DNA of 34,673 bases from Bacteroidota bacterium (GTDB lineage Bacteria > Bacteroidota > Ignavibacteria > Ignavibacteriales > SURF-24), in contig JAUZPB010000041.1 in the NCBI GenBank assembly GCA_030706145.1, positions 1 through 34,673 on the forward strand, read 5' to 3'. The notes under the pieces are model-generated. The model searched no databases. It was not told the origin of the DNA and worked only from the letters and a program-made list of their open reading frames with translations. This document shows positions 34,361-34,673 of the stretch, piece by piece (position 1 is the stretch's first letter; each line of letters starts with the position of its first letter). Made by a program: the position numbers and the translations under genes.

Positions 34361-34673
34361 CTTTATTTTTTCCACTTATTGTAAAATAAAACTATTGTTA
34401 TATAAAACTCCAGTGGACAAAATAACACATTTAATGCTTATTTCAATAGCCTAGTAGTTTGTTCTCCTTTTCTATATTTGAATCCATTGACTCAACAATA
34501 AGACGTAGCTTTGTGATGTTTATAAACCATGGGAATAAAATACTGGCAAATAAATGGCATTTATATTAAATTGAGCCTTGGAAAAATCGGTTCGATGTAG
34601 CAGTTTTTTTGCTTATCCTAAGATTTTTAGAAACTAAACCTATAGAAATTGTTGACCCGCTATTGGTAATTAT

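Noticed and set aside
34561-34600. tRNA-like 'GGTTCGAT' T-loop-like string in the terminal intergenic region
   Set aside because: No acceptor-stem complementarity, D-arm or anticodon arm could be built around it. Also lacks the conserved GTTCGAATC. Not a tRNA.
1-34673. Looked for mobile-element hallmarks (transposase, integrase, long terminal inverted repeats, tRNA-adjacent islands, toxin-antitoxin pairs, restriction or defence genes)
   Set aside because: None found. Apart from the C-rich island, composition is uniform and the genes are metabolic, signalling or envelope functions. No evidence for a horizontally acquired island or a defence system in this window.

Overview
This 34.7 kb window is low-GC (roughly mid-30s % GC) and looks like core or semi-core chromosome from a diderm bacterium. 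Many predicted proteins have cleavable signal peptides, and Omp85-like and flotillin genes are present. No transposase, integrase, CRISPR array, rRNA or tRNA was found. Several genes have Shine-Dalgarno-like sites (AAGGAG/GGAGG), and there is one good sigma70-type promoter (TTGACA-N17-TACAAT). Together these argue against a classical Bacteroides-type expression system. Gene content, left to right: (i) a same-strand signalling cluster of a PAS sensor kinase (5' truncated by the window edge), a CheY-like receiver, a LytTR-family response regulator, and a REC-HisKA-HATPase hybrid. Between the LytTR gene and the hybrid lies an intergenic region with two pairs of ~21-nt-period direct repeats (candidate LytTR site). 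(ii) Redox and housekeeping genes: a nitronate monooxygenase/FabK-like protein, a DUF72 protein, Cu/Zn superoxide dismutase, a C45/Ntn-hydrolase-like protein, a tandem PRC-barrel protein, an AIFM3-like Rieske-flavoprotein fusion next to a CrtI-family oxidoreductase, an Omp85-like outer-membrane protein, a TPR protein, a YgiD/DODA extradiol dioxygenase, PdxH, NudC, an NCS2 uracil/xanthine permease, a nucleoside phosphorylase and a flotillin. (iii) A co-directional block of four exported proteins: an M16C peptidase, a beta-lactamase-fold serine hydrolase, an M3 peptidyl-dipeptidase and a DUF5916/CBM9-like protein. (iv) A 7TM-LuxR one-component regulator convergent with a pentapeptide-repeat protein. 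The most unusual non-coding signals: a ~150-nt extremely C-rich intergenic island with about 17 C-tracts on the plus strand and therefore G-quadruplex-capable on the minus strand; a 16-nt-period AAAGCC repeat array; and an array of palindromic TAGCTA hexamers upstream of the Rieske gene. All protein calls are by eye from motifs, with no database search.
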